Positions 1-8,692 of a stretch of 28,392 nt of DNA are shown one piece after another. Source of the stretch: Verrucomicrobiota bacterium (lineage in GTDB: Bacteria; Verrucomicrobiota; Kiritimatiellia; CAIQIC01; Lenti-01); assembly GCA_022709625.1 (NCBI GenBank), contig JAKLIL010000001.1, forward strand, positions 1-28,392, written 5' to 3'. The position numbers and the translations under genes were made by a program. The notes beneath the pieces were generated by a model. The model did not search any database, was not told the origin of the DNA, and was given only the letters and a program-made list of their open reading frames with translations. Position 1 is the first letter of the stretch. Each line of letters opens with the position of its first letter.

Positions 1-1284
1 CTAGGCTTCCCGCGAAATATCCGCCCCCAGCGCCCGCAGCCGCTCCTCGACGCGTTCGTAGCCGCGGTCGATCATGTCGGCCTGCTCGATCGTCGTGGTG
101 CCTTTTGCGCACAGCGCCGCGATGATCAGCGCCATGCCCGCGCGAATGTCCGGACTCGTGATGTGCTGGGCCCGCAACTGCGCCGGCCCGCTGACCACGA
201 CCCGGTGCGGATCGCATTGGACCAGCGTGGCGCCCATCTCCAGCAGCCGGTCCACGAAATACATCCGGCTTTCGAACAACTTTTCGAAAAACAATATTTC
301 CCCGCGCGCCTGGGTAGCCAACACCAGCGCGACGCTGAGGAGATCGGACGGAATCGCGGGCCAAATGCCGTCTTCGATTTTCGGAATGGCGCCGCCCAGG
401 TCCTGGCGAATGCGCAGGCGCTGGCGCGACGGCAAAACCAGTTTGCCGTCGGCCACCGTCCAGGCCACCCCCAAACGCCCAAACGCCCGCCGCATGACTT
501 TCAGCGTGGTGGCGTCGGGGATTTCCTCCACGGCCAGCGCGCCCCCCGTGGCCACGGCGGCCGCCAGGAAGCTGCCGATCTCGACGTGGTCGGGACCGAC
601 GCGATGGCGGGCGCCGCGCAAGCGGCGTACTCCCGTGATTTCAAGACGGTTGGTGCCCAGCCCGGAAATTTTCGCGCCCATCTTGCCCAGCAGGACGCCC
701 AAATCCTGCACATGCGGCTCGCCGGCGGCGTTCAGGATCGTCGTACGTCCCGGGGCCAGCGTTGCGGCCATGAGGATGTTTTCGGTGGCGGTCACGCTGG
801 CCTCCTCCAGCAGGATGTCGGCGCCGCGGAAAATCCGCTTCCGCTGCAGCCGGAACGCATCGCCGCGCCACGCCATGCCGATGCCCAATTGGCCCAGCCC
901 TTCGAAGTGCGTGTCGAGCCGCCGCCGGCCGATCGCATCGCCGCCCGGCGGATAGAGCAGCGCGCTCCCGTGCCTGGCCGGCAACGGCCCGGCCAGCAGG
1001 ATCGAGCCGCGGACTTTGGCGCACAGTTCCCGATCCAGCGCCGTGCGGTTCAGTCCCTTGGCGCAGAGCGTCACGACGTGCCCCCGCCGCTCCACCGCCA
1101 CCCCCAAGGAGGCCAGCAGCTTCAGCAGGTTGGCCACGTCGAGAATGTCCGGAACGTTCGCCAACGCCAGGGGTTCGTCGGTCAGCACGCTGGCCGCGAG
1201 CATCGGCAGTACGGCGTTTTTGTTGCCCAGCGGAAGGAACGATCCCGCGATTTTCCGCCCGCCCCGGATGATGAATCGCGCCAT
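1..1284 (-). CDS. murA: UDP-N-acetylglucosamine 1-carboxyvinyltransferase (Asp-type active-site loop)
   Basis: 427 aa. Motifs GNKNAVLP, EEASVTATEN, FESR and SPDIRAG; active-site loop PPGGDAIGRRRLDTH. Confidence 0.96.
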   Translation of the reverse strand: MARFIIRGGRKIAGSFLPLGNKNAVLPMLAASVLTDEPLALANVPDILDVANLLKLLASLGVAVERRGHVVTLCAKGLNRTALDRELCAKVRGSILLAGPLPARHGSALLYPPGGDAIGRRRLDTHFEGLGQLGIGMAWRGDAFRLQRKRIFRGADILLEEASVTATENILMAATLAPGRTTILNAAGEPHVQDLGVLLGKMGAKISGLGTNRLEITGVRRLRGARHRVGPDHVEIGSFLAAAVATGGALAVEEIPDATTLKVMRRAFGRLGVAWTVADGKLVLPSRQRLRIRQDLGGAIPKIEDGIWPAIPSDLLSVALVLATQARGEILFFEKLFESRMYFVDRLLEMGATLVQCDPHRVVVSGPAQLRAQHITSPDIRAGMALIIAALCAKGTTTIEQADMIDRGYERVEERLRALGADISREA

Positions 1285-1302
1285 GCCGCCCGCCCCCCGG
1301 CC

Positions 1303-3150
1303 CTATTCCACCGTGACGCTCTTGGCCAAGTTCCGCGGCTTGTCGATGTCCGCCCCGCGCAGCTTGGCGTTGTAGTAGGCGAAGAGCTGTAAGGCGACGA
1401 CATTGATCAGCGGGGAAAATTCCTCGATCGTCTCCGGCACCGGGATGACGTCCTGCGCCAGGCCCTGCAGCGTTGCATCGCCCTCGGCCGCGACGGCGAT
1501 GATCCGCCCCTTGCGCGCCTCGACCTCCTTGAGGTTCGAGACCATCTTGTCGCGGACTTCGTCGGCGGTGGGGGTACATAGGCACACCACCGGCAGAAAC
1601 TCGTTGATGAGGGCGATGGGGCCGTGCTTCATTTCGCCCGCCGCGTAGCCTTCCGCGTGCTGGTAGGAGATTTCCTTGTTCTTGAGCGCACCCTCGAGGG
1701 CGATGGGATAGTTGAAGCGGCGGCCCAAATACAGCGCGTTGTAGCACTCGTAGTATTTCTGGGATATCCGGCGAACATCGTCCTGGCGCTCCAGCACGCG
1801 GTGGATGCCGTCGGGAATCCGCGCCAGCGCGGCGGTCAATTCCCGCTCGCGGGCGGCATCCATGGCGCCCCGCAGGCGGGCCAGCCGGATCGCCAAAAGG
1901 GCAAAGGCCAGCAACTGGGCGCTGAACGCCTTGGTCGAAGCCACGCCGATTTCCGGACCGGCCTGCGTCAGCAAGCCCCCGTCGCTCTCGCGCAGCAAGG
2001 TGCTGCCGGCCACGTTGCAAATGCCCACCACCTTGCACTCCATCCGGCGCGCGAGCCGGACCGAGGCCAGCGTGTCGGCGGTTTCGCCAGACTGCGACAC
2101 CGCCACCACAAGCGTGCGTTCGGGCAGGCGCGGGTGGCGATAGCGGAATTCGCTGCCCAAATCCGTTTCGCAGGGGATGCCCGCCCACGCTTCGAGCAGC
2201 AGCCGGCCGTACATGCCGGCGTAATAGGCCGTGCCGCAGGCCAAAATCACGATGCGCTGCAGCCCGGCCGCCTCGGCGGCGAGCAGGTCCGACACCTCGC
2301 CGAGATTCACGGCGCCGTCCTTGCCCACGTGCGTTTCCAGCATAGTCCGCAGCACCCGCGGCTGCTCGTGGATTTCCTTGAGCATGAAGGTTTCGAAGCC
2401 CGCCCGTTCCGCGGCTTCGGCCCGCAGGGTGACGGTTTTGATTTCCGGCTGCACCGGCGTGCCGTCTAACTTCGCCATGGCAACGCCGGCCGGCCGGAGT
2501 TCCGCGACCTCTCCGTCGTTCAAGTAGATCACTTGCTTCACGCGGTTCAGGATGGCGGGAACGTCGCTCGCGATGAACTGTTCGCCTTCGCCGACGCCGA
2601 CGATCAACGGGCTGCCGCAGCGGGCCGCGTACAAAACGGCCGGTTCGTCGCGGAAGACGATGCCCAGCGCGTAGGCGCCTTGGGCCTGCCGCAACGCCTG
2701 ACGGATCGCGGCGGAGCGACTAACCGCGCCGTCTTTCAGAAGTTCCTCGATCAGATGCGGAATCACTTCGGTGTCGGTTTGGGAGCGGAACACGTGCCCC
2801 TTGGCCTCCAGATCGGAGCGGAGGGCGAGATAGTTCTCGATGATGCCGTTGTGCACGGCGGCGATATTCCCGGCGCAATCCACATGCGGATGGGAATTGA
2901 CCTCGGAGGGTTCGCCATGCGTTGCCCAGCGGGTGTGCCCGATGCCCAATTGGCCGGCCAAAGGTTCCGTTTCGAGCGCTTCTTCCAAATTTGCAAGCCG
3001 CCCCACCCGCTTGCGGACCGCCAGCCTCCCATCGGCTTGCCGCACCGCCACGCCGGCCGAGTCGTAGCCCCGGTACTCGAGCCGTTGCATGCCTTCCAGC
3101 AGCAGCGGAACCGCATTTCTCGGCCCCACGTAGCCTACGATGCCGCACAT
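1303..3150 (-). CDS. glmS: Glutamine--fructose-6-phosphate aminotransferase (isomerizing)
   Basis: 615 aa. N-terminal MCGI nucleophile, GHTRWATHG, HNGIIENY, SQSGETADT, GPEIGVASTK and C-terminal PRNLAKSVTVE; GAAAGGA RBS upstream. Confidence 0.98.
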   Translation of the reverse strand: MCGIVGYVGPRNAVPLLLEGMQRLEYRGYDSAGVAVRQADGRLAVRKRVGRLANLEEALETEPLAGQLGIGHTRWATHGEPSEVNSHPHVDCAGNIAAVHNGIIENYLALRSDLEAKGHVFRSQTDTEVIPHLIEELLKDGAVSRSAAIRQALRQAQGAYALGIVFRDEPAVLYAARCGSPLIVGVGEGEQFIASDVPAILNRVKQVIYLNDGEVAELRPAGVAMAKLDGTPVQPEIKTVTLRAEAAERAGFETFMLKEIHEQPRVLRTMLETHVGKDGAVNLGEVSDLLAAEAAGLQRIVILACGTAYYAGMYGRLLLEAWAGIPCETDLGSEFRYRHPRLPERTLVVAVSQSGETADTLASVRLARRMECKVVGICNVAGSTLLRESDGGLLTQAGPEIGVASTKAFSAQLLAFALLAIRLARLRGAMDAARERELTAALARIPDGIHRVLERQDDVRRISQKYYECYNALYLGRRFNYPIALEGALKNKEISYQHAEGYAAGEMKHGPIALINEFLPVVCLCTPTADEVRDKMVSNLKEVEARKGRIIAVAAEGDATLQGLAQDVIPVPETIEEFSPLINVVALQLFAYYNAKLRGADIDKPRNLAKSVTVE

Positions 3151-3194
3151 GCGCTAATCCTTTCTGTTTCCAGATTGGCCGGAATCCATATGGC

Positions 3195-3230
3195 AAAGGC
3201 CGGGACAGCTCCGCGGCATCCCGGCCTTTT
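3195..3230. terminator. Probable intrinsic terminator between the pilin-like gene and glmS
   Basis: Perfect 11-bp inverted repeat AAAGGCCGGGA (3195-3205) / TCCCGGCCTTT (3219-3229); T-runs are short on both strands. Confidence 0.6.
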
Positions 3231-3247
3231 CATGGGCGGAAGGAGAA

Positions 3248-3862
3248 TTACGGATCAACCACGGTCAAGCCCGTGGAAAACCCCGAAGAGTTGAGGTTTT
3301 CGAGCGTCAATTGGTTGCCCTTCAGTGAAAACGCCGCGCCGCCTTTCTGCACGACCACCAGTCCGGCATTGCCAAAAGGCACGTCGGCGGCACTCAAAGC
3401 CGTAAAGGCGGCCAAGGTGCCTTTGTAGTTCTTGGTTATCAGGAAGGCGGTTCCCTCGGGAGTGCCGTCCGTCATGTCCACCGTTAAACGCCACGCGTTG
3501 TTAGCGGCGGCGAATTGGGATTCATTGGTGGTTTTGGCGGGCGTGATCCCCTTGGCGGCGAAAAAGTCGTAGGACACGTTCATCACGCCGGACGTAACCA
3601 AGTTCTTGAAATACGCCGTTGAATTCGGCGAATTGCTGGTGGAGGGCCAGCCCGAGCTGCTGGCGCCCAGCACCGCGTTGTCCATTTGATTCGCAAACGC
3701 GGAGGTATAGATGTTTTTGCCGTTGGAAACGGTTTGAACCAGAGCCGCGCTCGTAAGCGCTTTATTGACGGCCGGCACGAGAATGGCAGCCAACATGGCG
3801 ATGATGGCGATCACCACCAGCAGTTCGATGAGGGTAAAACCAAAGGCATAGCGCTTAGTCAT
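3248..3862 (-). CDS. Type IV pilin-like / T2SS pseudopilin-like protein with prepilin N-methylation site
   Basis: MTKRYAFG|FTLIELLVVIAIIAMLAAILVPAV is a class III signal peptide with G|F cleavage and E5; AAGGAG RBS 9 nt upstream. Confidence 0.88.
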   Translation of the reverse strand: MTKRYAFGFTLIELLVVIAIIAMLAAILVPAVNKALTSAALVQTVSNGKNIYTSAFANQMDNAVLGASSSGWPSTSNSPNSTAYFKNLVTSGVMNVSYDFFAAKGITPAKTTNESQFAAANNAWRLTVDMTDGTPEGTAFLITKNYKGTLAAFTALSAADVPFGNAGLVVVQKGGAAFSLKGNQLTLENLNSSGFSTGLTVVDP

Positions 3863-3894
3863 TTCACATGTCTCCTTATGACAACTCTGATGGC

Positions 3895-3922
3895 ATCATA
3901 CGCCGTTGGGACGGCGAGTCAA
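3895..3922 (-). promoter_or_regulatory. Sigma70-type promoter for the pilin-like gene
   Basis: Minus strand reads TTGACT-N16-TATGAT, ending 32 nt before the ATG. Confidence 0.6.
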
Positions 3923-3954
3923 CCCTCCAACCATCCTAATTTCGCCGCCGCATT

Positions 3955-4422
3955 TCAATAGGCCGTAGCCGTCCCCGGAAAAAATCCGTGTACAAACAGC
4001 GCCATGGCGATGCCCAGCACGGCGCCCATGAGGACTTCCAGACGCGTATGGCCCAGAAATTCCACCAGTTTTTCCGGAGAGAACTTGTGGTTTCGGTAAA
4101 AGTCTTCCGCCATCTGGTTCAGCAACCGCGCCTGCACCCCGGCGGCGCGCCGCACGCTCTGGGCATCGATCATGATCAGCGCCAGCACGCCCAGCGCCAC
4201 GGCGAACACGGCCGAACCGAAACCCGCACGCAGGCCCACCGACATGGCGCACGCCGCCGCGGAGGCCGTATGGGAACTGGGCATACCCCCCAACCGGAAG
4301 AGAAAACCGTAATCGAACTTCTTTTCGCGGAGCGCAAAGGTGAACAGCTTGATGAATTGGGCTACCAGCCAGCTGGCCACCGCCGCCACGACTGTGACAT
4401 TGTTGACAAGATCATGAAACAT
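3955..4422 (-). CDS. Divergent PAP2 family membrane protein (DUF212/YuiD-like)
   Basis: 155 aa hydrophobic protein with AQFIK, GGMPSSH, DAQSVRRAAG.QA.LLN and GHTRLEV.GA.LG family motifs. Confidence 0.9.
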   Translation of the reverse strand: MFHDLVNNVTVVAAVASWLVAQFIKLFTFALREKKFDYGFLFRLGGMPSSHTASAAACAMSVGLRAGFGSAVFAVALGVLALIMIDAQSVRRAAGVQARLLNQMAEDFYRNHKFSPEKLVEFLGHTRLEVLMGAVLGIAMALFVHGFFPGTATAY

Positions 4423-4566
4423 TGCGCGCCACTCTACGCACCCCCCGGCCCTGCCGCAATCCCAAACCCCGCCTCGGCGACCCTATCGAAAAACGCCCCG
4501 CGGTTGCCCCCTTGCGAACTTCATGGATTTGTGGTTGGTTGTGTCCGAAATCTCCCGCAGGCACTC

Positions 4567-5100
4567 ATGGGCACATCCTCGAAAACGTTGGCCGCAAAAT
4601 TAAGGAAATTGGCCAAGCGCCAGCACGGATGTTTCACCGCCGGCCAAGCCATTGAAATCGGCTATGCCGACAGCGTCCACCTCTACCACGTGAAGAACGG
4701 AGAGTGGATTCGGGTCTATCGTGGAATCTATCGGCTTTCCAATGCTCCGGAATCCCCCGAGGCCCGTGGAATGGCCGCCCTTCTTTGGACCCGGGATAAA
4801 ACCGGAAAAATCCAGGGATTTCTCTTGCCGGAAACCAAAGAGGCGATCCTCAACGGTACCCTTTCGTCTTCGCAGACCATCGAAATCGGGGTTCCACAAG
4901 GTTTCCGGCGCTCCTCCCATCCTCCATCCGGAATCAAGATCGAAATCGCGAATAAAAAATTACATAAATCCTCAAATATTAATGCTGTAGCCGTCCATGG
5001 ACAGGTGTTTCGAAAGGCCGTTCCACCAACGGGAATGGATATGCCAGATTATTTTGATTGGATTGATTATCAATCGGTTATATGCGAATTAAAGCCATAA
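4567..5100 (+). CDS. AbiEi-family (type IV TA antitoxin-like) winged-helix protein, orphan, divergent C-terminus
   Basis: 3' part of ORF 3988..5100. LRKLAKRQHGCFTAGQA and GEWIRVYRGIYRL match the AbiEi N-terminal pattern. Start chosen at ATG 4567 because the upstream frame is antisense to DUF212. Confidence 0.7.
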   Translation: MGTSSKTLAAKLRKLAKRQHGCFTAGQAIEIGYADSVHLYHVKNGEWIRVYRGIYRLSNAPESPEARGMAALLWTRDKTGKIQGFLLPETKEAILNGTLSSSQTIEIGVPQGFRRSSHPPSGIKIEIANKKLHKSSNINAVAVHGQVFRKAVPPTGMDMPDYFDWIDYQSVICELKP

Positions 5101-6551
5101 ATTCTATTCTTTACCTGCTTTCTTCGCTCTTTATCGATCCACCTTGTGCAAGTGCCTTCTATTTCCGCTTGGACGGCGACCGCCTTTGGTTGCAGGCGAA
5201 CCAGACGCCATTGTCGGAAATATTGGATGAATTTTTCCGCGCCGGTGTCGAAGTCCGGTTGGATCCACGCGTCCAATCCGTTGTTACGGGAAGCGTGCAC
5301 GGAAAAGATCTCGGCGAGGCTCTGGAAGCCCTGCTCGAACCCAACGACTATGTTTTGACCTGGAAAATGCTGGGCGGTCCCTTGGGACGCATCCCTAAAT
5401 TGAAGGAAATCGACGTATTCAAGCCGGGGGGCGAAGCCGCCGTCCAGCCCAGGCCTTGGAAACCGCGTGCTTTCGAGACGACGCGCGGGGTTTCGGGCAC
5501 CGCTCCCGAGTTCGTCAAAGACGAGCTGTTGATTGGCGTACGTTCCGGCGCCACCTACGACCGGTTGCAACATCTTTTGGATTCGATCGGCGGCATGATC
5601 GTGGAGGCGGATGCTTCCACCGGCGTCTATTTGATCCGTTTCCCGTCCGGAACGAACGTGGAAGCGCTTCTGGAGCGGTTGCTCCGCCATCCTTTGGTCG
5701 CTCATGCCGAATTGAACTATGTCGCCCGGCTTCCAGAACACGCTGCAGCAGATGATGTTCCGGCGACGATCCCGTCCGTTAAGCCGCCGGCCGAAGGGGC
5801 CATTCCCGTGGCGGTTCTCGATAGCGGCTTGGACCCGCGCGCGGGTTTGTCCGGAGTCGTGTCCGCCGGATGGGATGCGGTTGATCCAGGAAAGCCCCTG
5901 TCCGATCCCGAAGGGCACGGGACGCAAATGGCGTTTCTGGCATCGGGACTTCTCTCGGCATCCGGCCTGGCCACGGCCGGCCGCACGTTGCCGGTCGTGT
6001 CCATCCGGACATTCGACGCAGAAGGCAAAACCTCGAATTTCGCCATTTTGCAGGCGTTGACCTACGCCGCGAAGGCCGGCGCGAAGGTCGTCAACATGAG
6101 TTGGGGCTCCGACACCGACAGCGACTTCATGCGCGCCGCCATGCAAAAAGCCGCCCGGCGCGGATTGATACTGGTCGCCGCCGCCGGCAACGAACCCACG
6201 GGCCGCGCGGTGTATCCGGCCGCCTACCCGCAGGTGCTCGCCGTGGGCGGCATCCTGGCGGATGGCCGTCCCTGGAATCGGTCCAACCACGGCGAGTTCG
6301 TCGATTTGTCGGCTCCGGCCTTGGCCGCTTTTCCCATTGGGCACAATGGGCCGGCCGGCCGCTACGCCGGCACCTCGATTTCCTCGGTCGTCGTCGCCAA
6401 CGCCCTCGCGCAATATCTCAACCGCCATCCCGGCGCCACCGCCGCCTCCGCTACCGCCGCCCTGACCCAGGCGCTCTCCCCCGCTCCCGCCGGCGGCTAC
6501 GGGGCCGGAATCCTCGATGCCGCCGCGTTGCGGCGGTTCCTGAATCCCTGA
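5082..6551 (+). CDS. S8 (subtilisin-like) serine peptidase with N-terminal STN/secretin-N0-like segment and prodomain
   Basis: Triad motifs VAVLDSG, DPEGHGT and GTSIS, oxyanion AAAGN, prodomain-like EFVKDELLIG...AELNY. Start codon and signal peptide uncertain. Confidence 0.85.
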   Translation: MRIKAINSILYLLSSLFIDPPCASAFYFRLDGDRLWLQANQTPLSEILDEFFRAGVEVRLDPRVQSVVTGSVHGKDLGEALEALLEPNDYVLTWKMLGGPLGRIPKLKEIDVFKPGGEAAVQPRPWKPRAFETTRGVSGTAPEFVKDELLIGVRSGATYDRLQHLLDSIGGMIVEADASTGVYLIRFPSGTNVEALLERLLRHPLVAHAELNYVARLPEHAAADDVPATIPSVKPPAEGAIPVAVLDSGLDPRAGLSGVVSAGWDAVDPGKPLSDPEGHGTQMAFLASGLLSASGLATAGRTLPVVSIRTFDAEGKTSNFAILQALTYAAKAGAKVVNMSWGSDTDSDFMRAAMQKAARRGLILVAAAGNEPTGRAVYPAAYPQVLAVGGILADGRPWNRSNHGEFVDLSAPALAAFPIGHNGPAGRYAGTSISSVVVANALAQYLNRHPGATAASATAALTQALSPAPAGGYGAGILDAAALRRFLNP

Positions 6552-6583
6552 TGGCCCGAAACGCACGGGGCGCAAAATGCCTG

Positions 6584-6613
6584 TTGTTTCGTTGCCGAAA
6601 AGCATGCTATAAA
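6584..6613 (+). promoter_or_regulatory. Sigma70 extended -10 promoter for the trxA cluster
   Basis: TTGTTT (6584-6589)-N18-TATAAA (6608-6613), preceded by TG-n; GGGAGG RBS at 6634-6639. Confidence 0.5.
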
Positions 6614-6645
6614 TCCGCCGCACCCGCCCATTCGGGAGGATGAGG

Positions 6646-6954
6646 ATGAGCGCCGAACTGAACGATGCCAACTTCAACGAGTTCATATCTTCCGGGCTGG
6701 TCCTGGTGGATTTCTGGGCGCCGTGGTGCGGACCTTGCCGCATGCAGTTGCCCATTCTGGACCAGATCGCCGCGCAATTGCCGGCGGTCAAAATCGGCCA
6801 GGTCAACGTCGACGCCAACGGCGAACTCGCGGCGCGATTCGGCGTCAACACCATCCCCTATCTCGTCGTCTTCAAGGACGGCAAGAAAGCGGCCGATTTC
6901 GTCGGCCTGCGCCAAGCGCAGACGCTGATCGACGCCCTCGCGCCCCTCGGCTAG
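6646..6954 (+). CDS. trxA: Thioredoxin
   Basis: VDFWAPWCGPC active site and cis-Pro TIP. Start at 6646 gives 6-nt spacing from GGGAGG; 6640 is the alternative. Confidence 0.95.
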   Translation: MSAELNDANFNEFISSGLVLVDFWAPWCGPCRMQLPILDQIAAQLPAVKIGQVNVDANGELAARFGVNTIPYLVVFKDGKKAADFVGLRQAQTLIDALAPLG

Positions 6955-6962
6955 CCCGCGCC

Positions 6963-7199
6963 ATGCCGTTGTACGAATACATTTGCAAAGCCTGCGGAAA
7001 AACCTCCGAAGTGCTGGTCTCCGGGTCGCGCCAACCCAGCTGCCCCCATTGCGGTTCCCGTCAACTCGACCGGCAACTCTCCGTATTCAGCGCGCGGAGT
7101 TCCACACCCCCTTCGCACCACGTGCCCCCCTGCGGAACCGGCGGCTGTCCCGTGGGCGGCGGCGGTTGCGCCGGCGGCGGCTGTCCTCTCGGCCCGTAA
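6963..7199 (+). CDS. FmdB-family zinc-ribbon protein
   Basis: MPLYEYICKACG...CPHCGS (two CxxC) plus a Gly/Cys tail CGTGGCPVGGGGCAGGGC; 3' end of ORF 6723..7199. Confidence 0.9.
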   Translation: MPLYEYICKACGKTSEVLVSGSRQPSCPHCGSRQLDRQLSVFSARSSTPPSHHVPPCGTGGCPVGGGGCAGGGCPLGP

Positions 7200-7214
7200 C
7201 CCTTCGGAGGCCTC

Positions 7215-8159
7215 ATGAACAAGCCCCTCGCCGTCATCGCCATCGGCGGCAATTCCCTCATTCTGGACAGCAAGAAAATCACCGTGCTGGACCAATACCG
7301 GGCAGCCAAGGAAACCTCGCACCACATCGCCGCGCTCGTCGCCGCCGGCTATCGCGTCGTGATCACCCACGGCAACGGCCCGCAGGTTGGCTTCATCCTG
7401 CTGCGCTCCGACCTTGCCCGGCATGTTCTCCACCAGGTGCCCCTCGACAGTTGCGTGGCCGATACCCAAGGCGCCCTCGGCTACCAGATCGGCCAGACCC
7501 TCGCCAACGAACTCCGGCGCAAGAAACTCCACCAGCCGATCGCCACCGTCGTCACGCAGGTCCTCGTCGACAAGCACGATCCGGCCTTTGCCAACCCCAC
7601 CAAGCCCATCGGGTCCTTCTACACCGAGGCCGAAGCCCGCCAGCACCAGGCCGACAGCGGCTGGATCCTCAAGGAGGACGCCGGCCGCGGTTGGCGCCGC
7701 GTCGTCGCCTCCCCCAAGCCGCTCAAGATCATCGAGGAAGAAACCATCCGCCTCCTGATCGCCCACGACGTCGTCGTCATCGCCGTGGGCGGCGGCGGCA
7801 TCCCCGTCGTCGAAAACGCGCGCGGCGAGCTCGAAGGTTGTGCCGCCGTCATCGACAAGGATCTCGCCTCCTGCCTGCTCGCCAAGAACCTGAAGGCCGA
7901 CCTTTTCATCATCTCCACCGGCGTCGACAAAGTCGCCGTCGATTTCAAGAAGCCCACCCAGCGCGAACTCGACCGGCTCCGCCTTGCCGAAGCCAAACGA
8001 TATCTGGCCGAAGGCCAGTTCCCCGCCGGCAGCATGGGCCCCAAGATCGAAGCCGCCATCGATTTCCTCGAACACGGCGGCAAGGAAGTCATCATCACCC
8101 AGCCGCATTTGCTCGAAGCCGCCATCGCCGGCAAGAACGGCACCCATATCGCACCTTGA
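7215..8159 (+). CDS. arcC: Carbamate kinase
   Basis: AIGGNSL, ITHGNGPQVG, DAGRGWRRVVASP, AVIDKD and GSMGPK motifs; GGAGG RBS. Confidence 0.95.
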   Translation: MNKPLAVIAIGGNSLILDSKKITVLDQYRAAKETSHHIAALVAAGYRVVITHGNGPQVGFILLRSDLARHVLHQVPLDSCVADTQGALGYQIGQTLANELRRKKLHQPIATVVTQVLVDKHDPAFANPTKPIGSFYTEAEARQHQADSGWILKEDAGRGWRRVVASPKPLKIIEEETIRLLIAHDVVVIAVGGGGIPVVENARGELEGCAAVIDKDLASCLLAKNLKADLFIISTGVDKVAVDFKKPTQRELDRLRLAEAKRYLAEGQFPAGSMGPKIEAAIDFLEHGGKEVIITQPHLLEAAIAGKNGTHIAP

Positions 8160-8193
8160 TGGAGCCGGTCCGCCGCCGCCCCGGAAAAACGAA

Positions 8194-8640
8194 ATGAAAT
8201 TCAGCCCCGCCCGCCCAGGTCGCGTTTTCATCCTGCGCCTCGAACACGGCGACATCATCCACGAATGCCTCGAGCGGTTCGCCGCCGCGCAGGGCATCAC
8301 CCATGCCGCGCTGACCCTGCATGGCGGCGCGGATGCCGGCAGCACCCTGGTGGCAGGCCCGCGCGACGGCCAGTCGCCCCCGCCCATCCAGCCCCTGACC
8401 GCAACCCTCGCCGACGTCCATGAAGTCGTCGGCAACGGCACGATCTTCCCCGATGGCAACGGGGTGCCCGTCCTCCATGTCCATCTGGCCTGCGGCCGCG
8501 GCGAACATGCCGTCGCGGGCTGCATCCGGACCGGCGTGAAGGTCTGGCATGTGCTTGAAGTCGTCCTCGTCGAACTGCGGGATTCCACCGCCCGGCGCCG
8601 GCACGATCCGGCGACCGGATTCGCACTCCTCGACCCCTGA
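8194..8640 (+). CDS. PPC domain (DUF296) protein
   Basis: FILRLEHGDII, EVVGNGTI, LHVHLACGR and AVAGC...EVVLVEL; start at ATG 8194 within ORF 7984..8640. Confidence 0.85.
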   Translation: MKFSPARPGRVFILRLEHGDIIHECLERFAAAQGITHAALTLHGGADAGSTLVAGPRDGQSPPPIQPLTATLADVHEVVGNGTIFPDGNGVPVLHVHLACGRGEHAVAGCIRTGVKVWHVLEVVLVELRDSTARRRHDPATGFALLDP

Positions 8641-8692
8641 TTGCCGGCGCCGTGTCCCGCTCCGCACCACGATCTGGGCCCATGGACGACAC

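Noticed and set aside
3151-3247. Possible glmS ribozyme upstream of glmS
   Set aside because: Only 97 nt, largely taken up by a terminator-like hairpin; no AGCGCC cleavage motif or core recognised.
3988-4566. N-terminal extension of the AbiEi-like ORF to 3988, and similar extensions of dnaA (26326), mnmG (19305), recC (8549) and the barrel gene (22674)
   Set aside because: Extensions overlap other genes or regulatory DNA and lack family similarity; downstream starts fit homology and, where present, RBS spacing.
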